Below are positions 58,067 through 64,000 of a DNA stretch of 64,000 bases, piece after piece. Both the position numbers and the translations under genes were made by a program. Positions within the stretch are counted from its first letter, which is position 1, and each line of letters begins with the position of its first letter. The DNA lies in NCBI RefSeq assembly GCF_900155685.1, contig NZ_LT732548.1, forward strand, positions 2,050,301 to 2,114,300, read 5' to 3'. The notes under the pieces are model-generated. The model was not told where the DNA came from. It did no database searches and was given only the letters and a program-made list of their open reading frames with translations. This DNA is from Paenibacillus bouchesdurhonensis. Lineage in GTDB: Bacteria; Bacillota; Bacilli; Paenibacillales; Paenibacillaceae.

Positions 58067-61000
58067 GTAAACCGAAGCCACAAGGCAGCTACTGGAGCGA
58101 TGATCAGTGGAAAGCAATATCGCTGTCCGGCAGCAATATGTTGATCGCAGCAGCGGCAGGCTCCGGAAAAACGGCGGTGCTTGTAGAACGGATTATACAG
58201 AAGCTATGCAATACGGAGCATCCGCTCAGCGTCGACCGCCTGCTCGTCGCCACCTTTACGAAGGCGGCTGCTTCCGAAATGAGGCAGCGCATTCGGGAAG
58301 CGCTGGAGAAGGAGCTGGATCGGAATCCCGGGAATGAGCATTTAGGACGGCAGCTCGCGATGCTGGGCCGCGCTTCGATTACGACCCTTCACTCCTTCTG
58401 TATGGAAGTGATCCAGCGGTATTATACGTTGATTCCGCTTGACCCCGGCTTCCGCATCGCTTCCGAGAGCGAGACGGCTCTGCTTCGCCAGGAAGTGCTG
58501 GAAGAGTTGTTCGAGGAAAAGTATGCGACCGAGCCGGGAGGCAGCCCTTTTCTGCGCCTAGTTGATTGGTTTGGCGGGGAACGCAGCGACGATGCCGTAT
58601 TCTCGCTTGTCCAGAGATTGTACGATTTCTCGCGAAGCCATCCCTGGCCGGACTATTGGCTGCAGCAGGCGGCGGGTGTATTTGCTGCTTCGAGTGTTGA
58701 GGATCTGGAGAAGAGCGTTTGGGTCAGCAGCATTTTGAGTGATACGAAGCTGACGCTGGAGGGAGCTGCGCAGCTGCTGCGCCAGGCTCAGATACTGGCC
58801 ATGTCTCCCGGAGGCCCGCAGCCTTATGCGAGCACGCTGGAAGAAGACATCGCGATGGTTGAGCTCATGCTGGATCCCGTTAATGAAGGGCAGTGGTCTT
58901 CGCTGCACGGACAATTTGAGAACATTGTGTTCGGCAAGCTTAAGCCCTGCAAGAAGGATCAGACCGATCCCCTGCTGCAGGAGCGGGTTAAAGCGCTGCG
59001 CGAGGAAGCGAAGAAGACGATGACGGAGCTGCGAACCCAGTTGTTTGGACGCGCGCCAGAGACTTTCTTGGACGAAATGAATCAAATGGCTCCACTGATG
59101 GCCGAGCTGTCTTCATTCGTCACCTCCTTCGCTGAGCGATACCGGAAGGAGAAAGCGGCCAAGGGCTGGCTCGATTTCTCCGACTTGGAGCATTATTGCC
59201 TGCAAATATTACGTCACCCGGACTCGGCGCCGGATAAGGTTGTTCCTTCGGATGCCGCGCTTGAATATCAGCAGCAATTCGAAGAGGTGCTTCTCGATGA
59301 GTATCAGGATACGAACACGGTGCAGGAGGATATCGTGCGGCTTATTTCGCGCAGAGAGCCTGGCAACCGTTTTATGGTAGGCGACGTGAAGCAAAGTATA
59401 TATAGATTCAGATTGGCTGAGCCAGGATTATTTCTGCAAAAATATCGGAGCTATGGCGACGATGGGGCGGCTGAAGGACTAAAAATTGATCTTGCCCGCA
59501 ATTTCCGCAGCCGGCGTGAAGTGATTGAGGCGGTCAATTATTTGTTCCGCCAGGTCATGAATGAGCGGGTTGCGGAAATATCTTACGACTCGCGTTCAGA
59601 GCTCGTCTACGGGGAGGGCTTTCCCGATAATGCCGGGGAAGATTATCGTCCTGAGCTGCTTCTGATTGACCGGAGCGGAGATAAAGCTTTGGACGGCGAG
59701 GTGCCGAGATCCGAAGACGATGGGGATAGGTCATTGATCGAGGAGGAATTGGCCGATCTAGAGGCAGTGCGCCTGGAAGCTAGGGCAATTGCGGCCAAGA
59801 TCCGGGAAATGCGCCAAAAGCCGCTGCGCATTTATGACAAGCACTTGAAGGGATTGCGGCCTGTGGAATACCGGGATATGGTCATACTGCTGCGTTCGAC
59901 CTTAACCTGGGCTCCTGCCATGATGGAGGAGCTGAGAATGGAAGGGATACCGGCTTATGGAGAGGTGAGCCAGGGATATTTCGAGGCCTCTGAGGTCGAG
60001 ACGATGTTGTCCCTGCTTCAAGTCATTGATAACCCGTTGCAGGATATTCCCCTAGCAGCCGTCCTTCGTTCGCCTCTTTACAGCCTGTCCGAGGAGGAAC
60101 TGGCCGAAATTCGTCTGGCAGCCCCGAGGAGCAATTTCTATGAGGCTCTGCAGGCCTTTATCGCCCGGGACGAAACGGCTCCGGCACTGGAAGCTGCGGT
60201 CGGTGTAGAGGCCGAGGGAGCAGATGATATCGGAACGAAATTTGATAGACTTAAAGCTAGGCTAGTCGCTTGCACCGAGCAGCTAGAATCATGGCGAAAT
60301 AGCGCTAGAGAAGGTGAACTGGGCGATCTCATTCGGGATATTTATCGGCAAACCGGATTTTTGGATTGGGTTGGAGGCTTGCCGGGGGGCGGTCAGCGAC
60401 AAAACAATTTGCGAGCCTTGCTTGATCGAGCGAGGCAATTTGAGAAATCCTCCGCCTCGCGAGGGCTGTTTCGCTTCTTAAGATATATTACGAGGCTGCG
60501 GGAAAGCGGCGGCGATCTCGGAGCAGCGGCTTCTGCAGGCGAACAGGAAGACGCGGTAAGAATCATGACCATCCATAAAAGCAAGGGGCTGGAGTTCCCC
60601 GTTGTTTTTGTAGCGGGGCTGTCAAAAATGTTCAATCGGCAGGATTTGAATACGCCATTTTTAATGCATAAAGAAATGGGATACGGGCCGAAATTTGTAG
60701 ATGAGGCTACGAGAGTGAGCTACCCTACGCTTCCAAACCTAGCGATTCGCCGCCGGGCGCAGCTCGAGCTGCTAGCAGAGGAGATCAGGGTTCTGTACGT
60801 AGCGCTCACAAGACCGAAAGACAAGCTCATTCTTATTTCTTCTGTCAAAGATTTGGCCAAGGCGATTGAAGCGTGGGGAAGCATTCTCGATAGCGGAGAT
60901 GAACGGCTTCCAGACTACCTAATCGCTCGCGGGCGAAGTTATTTGGATTGGATCGGCCCTTCGCTTATCCGTCACCCAGCTGCCGGGCAGCTGCGGGAAT

Positions 61001-62055
61001 ACGCTGGATTGCCGAGTCCTGCTCCAGAATATGACGCCGGCAGCGCGCCGGATTGGGTTATCGGCTTCATCGCCGCCGAACAGTTCGTGACCGCTGGTGC
61101 GCAGGCAGCAGCAGCCAAGGCATGGGCACCGGAGGAGAAGGCGCTGCTGCAGACGCTGGTATCGGGCGGTCCTGTGCCCGTTAGGCCAGCGGAGAGCACG
61201 GAGCTGGATTATGCCGTTCGATCACGGCTGGATTGGCGTTACCCTCATGAGTGGGCCGGGCGCCTTTCGGCTAAAACCTCAGTCACGGAAATGAAGACGC
61301 TGCTGGCGTTGCAGGAAGAGCCGCCGTTGGATTGGCTTGCTGCGGAGGAAGCGCGCCTTGAACGGCGGAATATCCTCGAAGATAAAGTGGAGTACAAGCT
61401 GCACTTAAGACGTCCAAAATTTATGGAGGAGAAGCGGATGACGCCGACCGAACGGGGAACGGCCTATCATATGCTCATGCAGCATCTTCCATTTGACGGT
61501 GAGGCAAGCAAGGAAACGGTTCATCAAACGCTGCAGCAGTTAGTGGAGAAGCAGATCATGTCCCAGGAACAGAGCAGGGAAATGGATGCTGAACGGGTCG
61601 CCGGCTTTTTGCGAAGTCCGCTGGGCGCTTTGCTTCGTCAGGCTGACTGGATCAGGCGAGAGATGCCGTTTAGTTACGGCTTGTCCGCAGCAGAGGCATA
61701 TCCGCGCTTTGCTTCTCCTGACACTGAGTTTGGTTATCACTCCAAGGCAACTGGAGAGCATGTTGTACCTGGGGAATCAGGAGGAATGGGGCAATCCCCT
61801 CTCCAACAGCTCGAAGAGGAAACCGTGCTTATTCAAGGAATCATCGACTGTTTATTTACAGTCGAGGACAAATTATATTTGCTGGATTATAAGAGTGACC
61901 GCGTTCTGGAGCATCTTGGCGGTGTGCCTGCTTTAGCGGAAACATATCGCTTTCAGCTTGAGCTGTATGCTAAGGCGATCGAACAGATCATGGGCCGCAA
62001 GGTGGATGAAAAGTGGCTGTACTTTTTTGATAACGGGGAAGCGGTCAAGTTGTAA
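58063..62055 (+). CDS. addA: ATP-dependent helicase/nuclease subunit A (AddA), a UvrD-type helicase with a RecB-family nuclease
   Basis: The Walker A motif is AAAGSGKT. The 1330-aa protein overlaps the addB stop codon. Confidence 0.9.
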   Translation: MSKPKPQGSYWSDDQWKAISLSGSNMLIAAAAGSGKTAVLVERIIQKLCNTEHPLSVDRLLVATFTKAAASEMRQRIREALEKELDRNPGNEHLGRQLAMLGRASITTLHSFCMEVIQRYYTLIPLDPGFRIASESETALLRQEVLEELFEEKYATEPGGSPFLRLVDWFGGERSDDAVFSLVQRLYDFSRSHPWPDYWLQQAAGVFAASSVEDLEKSVWVSSILSDTKLTLEGAAQLLRQAQILAMSPGGPQPYASTLEEDIAMVELMLDPVNEGQWSSLHGQFENIVFGKLKPCKKDQTDPLLQERVKALREEAKKTMTELRTQLFGRAPETFLDEMNQMAPLMAELSSFVTSFAERYRKEKAAKGWLDFSDLEHYCLQILRHPDSAPDKVVPSDAALEYQQQFEEVLLDEYQDTNTVQEDIVRLISRREPGNRFMVGDVKQSIYRFRLAEPGLFLQKYRSYGDDGAAEGLKIDLARNFRSRREVIEAVNYLFRQVMNERVAEISYDSRSELVYGEGFPDNAGEDYRPELLLIDRSGDKALDGEVPRSEDDGDRSLIEEELADLEAVRLEARAIAAKIREMRQKPLRIYDKHLKGLRPVEYRDMVILLRSTLTWAPAMMEELRMEGIPAYGEVSQGYFEASEVETMLSLLQVIDNPLQDIPLAAVLRSPLYSLSEEELAEIRLAAPRSNFYEALQAFIARDETAPALEAAVGVEAEGADDIGTKFDRLKARLVACTEQLESWRNSAREGELGDLIRDIYRQTGFLDWVGGLPGGGQRQNNLRALLDRARQFEKSSASRGLFRFLRYITRLRESGGDLGAAASAGEQEDAVRIMTIHKSKGLEFPVVFVAGLSKMFNRQDLNTPFLMHKEMGYGPKFVDEATRVSYPTLPNLAIRRRAQLELLAEEIRVLYVALTRPKDKLILISSVKDLAKAIEAWGSILDSGDERLPDYLIARGRSYLDWIGPSLIRHPAAGQLREYAGLPSPAPEYDAGSAPDWVIGFIAAEQFVTAGAQAAAAKAWAPEEKALLQTLVSGGPVPVRPAESTELDYAVRSRLDWRYPHEWAGRLSAKTSVTEMKTLLALQEEPPLDWLAAEEARLERRNILEDKVEYKLHLRRPKFMEEKRMTPTERGTAYHMLMQHLPFDGEASKETVHQTLQQLVEKQIMSQEQSREMDAERVAGFLRSPLGALLRQADWIRREMPFSYGLSAAEAYPRFASPDTEFGYHSKATGEHVVPGESGGMGQSPLQQLEEETVLIQGIIDCLFTVEDKLYLLDYKSDRVLEHLGGVPALAETYRFQLELYAKAIEQIMGRKVDEKWLYFFDNGEAVKL

Positions 62056-62093
62056 ATAGAGAAGTATCGTCAAATATAGAGGGGGAGCAGGCA

Positions 62094-63278
62094 ATGCGTA
62101 TTTTGCATACGGGAGACTGGCATCTAGGAAGGACGCTGGAAGGGCGCAGCCGATTTAAGGAACAGGAAATGTTCATGGATGAGCTGGTGCAGCTTTCGCA
62201 CGATCAGCAAGTCGATATGATTTTGATGGCCGGGGATGTGTATGACAGCGTAAACCCACCGGCTGCTGCCGAAGGGCTGTTCTATGAAACTGTTGCCCGG
62301 CTGAATGATCAGGGCTGCCAGCTGGTCGTCATTGCCGGGAACCATGATCAGCCTGAACGCATTTCAGCTGTTTCTCCGCTTGTTTCGCAGCGTGGGATTA
62401 CGCTTGTCGGCCTGCCTGCTTCCCGAAGTGTAACCGTGGATATAGCCCGCAGCGGGGAGCGAGCTGTCATTGCTGCCCTGCCTTACCCTTCGGAAGCGAG
62501 ATTATCCGAGCTGCTGGCCGAGGACGGAGACGAGCGGGAGCTTCGCTTGGCGTACAGCGCCAAGGTCGGCAAACTTATGCGGCAACTTTCCGGGGAGTTT
62601 CGACCGGATACTGTAAACCTGGCGATGAGCCATATTTATGTACTTGGCGGGGTAGAATCGGATTCCGAGCGTCCCATCCAAGTCGGCGGCGCTTACACGG
62701 TAGACCCTTCGGCTCTTGATGTTGGAGCGCAGTATACGGCATTAGGGCATTTGCATCGCCCGCAGCTTGTCAAAGGCAACGGGCTGATCCGCTATAGCGG
62801 ATCCCCGCTTGCTTACAGCTTCTCAGAGGCCGGACAAGCGAAATCCGTCATGCTGCTGGATGTGGCGCCCGGAGGGAATCCGGTAACGGAAGAGCTCCAT
62901 TTGACCAGCGGCCGTCCTTTGGTGCGGTGGGCTTGCCGCGCTGGCTTGGAGGAAGCGCATCGCTGGCTTGAAGAGGGACGGGACAGGAATGCATTTATTG
63001 ATCTTGAAATCAGTCTGACCGAAGCGATGTCGATGAGCGAAATTCAGGCGCTGCGCAAGGCGCATGAGGGAATAGTACATATCCGTCCGATTTATCCAGG
63101 ACGCGATGAGGAGCAGGCGATTGCGGCGCGCGCCCAAATGCCGGTACACGAGTTATTTCGTAAATTTTATCAGCGGCAAAGCGGCGGGGCGGAGCCGGAG
63201 GAAGAGCTTGTAGAGCTGTTTATGTCGCTTGTAGCAGATGAAGAGGCCGCTGTTCAGGAAGAGGAGGAGGAGCTATGA
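62094..63278 (+). CDS. sbcD: Exonuclease SbcD (Mre11-type)
   Basis: The calcineurin-like phosphoesterase start is MRILHTGDWHLG. The protein is 394 aa. Confidence 0.9.
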   Translation: MRILHTGDWHLGRTLEGRSRFKEQEMFMDELVQLSHDQQVDMILMAGDVYDSVNPPAAAEGLFYETVARLNDQGCQLVVIAGNHDQPERISAVSPLVSQRGITLVGLPASRSVTVDIARSGERAVIAALPYPSEARLSELLAEDGDERELRLAYSAKVGKLMRQLSGEFRPDTVNLAMSHIYVLGGVESDSERPIQVGGAYTVDPSALDVGAQYTALGHLHRPQLVKGNGLIRYSGSPLAYSFSEAGQAKSVMLLDVAPGGNPVTEELHLTSGRPLVRWACRAGLEEAHRWLEEGRDRNAFIDLEISLTEAMSMSEIQALRKAHEGIVHIRPIYPGRDEEQAIAARAQMPVHELFRKFYQRQSGGAEPEEELVELFMSLVADEEAAVQEEEEEL

Positions 63279-64000
63279 AGCCGATATCGCTAAAGTTGTC
63301 CGGCCTGCAGAGTTACCGGAGCTTGCAGGAGATTGATTTTACGGCTCTCTGCGATACGGGGTTGTTCGGAATATTTGGCCCGACTGGAAGCGGGAAATCC
63401 ACAATCCTCGATGCGATTACTCTAGCGATGTATGGCAAAGTAGGCCGTGCCTCGGGAGGAACGCAGGGAATTATGAACCATTCGGAGGATTCGCTGTTCG
63501 TGGCATTCACCTTTGAATTGGTATCGGCGCAGGGCGTGGAGCGCTACCGGGTAGAGCGCCGCTTCAAGCGGCAAAGCGATATTTCGGTGAGCAGCACGAT
63601 TAGCCGATTCATCGAAATATTGCCCGAGGGCGAGAAGGTTGTAGCTGATAAGCTTGCTGATGTGACGCGTTGCGTCGAGGAGAAAATTGGGCTTAAGATG
63701 GATGATTTCACACGCGCCGTCGTTCTTCCCCAGGGTAAATTTGCCGAATTTCTCTCACTAAAGGGAGCGGAGCGAAGAGCTATGCTGCAGCGTCTGTTCC
63801 ACTTAGAAAAATACGGTGATCTACTTGCTCAGAAATTGAGCCGCAAAGTGAAGGATAACGATCAAGCGTGCAAAGAGCTTATCGCGGAGCAGCAGGGGCT
63901 TGGCGACGCATCGGAGGCTGCGCTTCGCGAGGCGGAGGCTGCGCTGAAGGCGGCTGCAGCGATGGCCGAGACGCGCCGGCGCGAGCTTGACGACGCGCAG
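63274..64000 (+). CDS. sbcC: Exonuclease SbcC (Rad50-type ATPase), N-terminal fragment (3' end lies outside the window)
   Basis: The gene overlaps the sbcD stop codon (ATGA). The Walker A motif is GPTGSGKST. The coiled-coil region starts before the window edge. Confidence 0.85.

Noticed and set aside
58558-59085. 175-aa ORF antisense to addA
   Set aside because: addA is unambiguous.

Overview
This is a Firmicute chromosomal segment, most likely Paenibacillus. Its conserved backbone follows the Bacillus subtilis order, interrupted by three accessory insertions.

The backbone reads: leuS 3' end; comER divergent from comEA-comEB-comEC; holA; rpsT (minus strand); gpr; spoIIP; a yqxA-like gene; lepA; hemW; hrcA-grpE-dnaK-dnaJ with a perfect CIRCE operator; prmA; rsmE; mtaB; then NUDIX, NptA, an RlmI-like gene, and addB-addA-sbcD-sbcC.

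The three insertions are:
- An autoregulated-looking ECF sigma / zf-HC2 anti-sigma pair between comEC and holA.
- A ~17 kb mannan utilisation island between the yqxA-like gene and lepA. It carries two LacI regulators, an AGE-family epimerase, two GH130 mannoside phosphorylases, a GH113-like hydrolase, a sugar ABC importer without its ATPase, a CE7 esterase, and a 1592-aa SLH-anchored GH26 mannanase.
- A ~9 kb block between dnaJ and prmA. It carries a long GC-rich leader with a permuted tRNA-Lys-like fragment, an SPFH-domain protein, a DcuS/CitA-type two-component system, a lipoprotein FAD reductase, a separate FMN-binding lipoprotein, small stress-type proteins, and a Gfo/Idh/MocA oxidoreductase.

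No CRISPR arrays, IS elements or prophage genes were seen. All functional assignments are from reading the translated ORFs for family motifs; no database search was possible.
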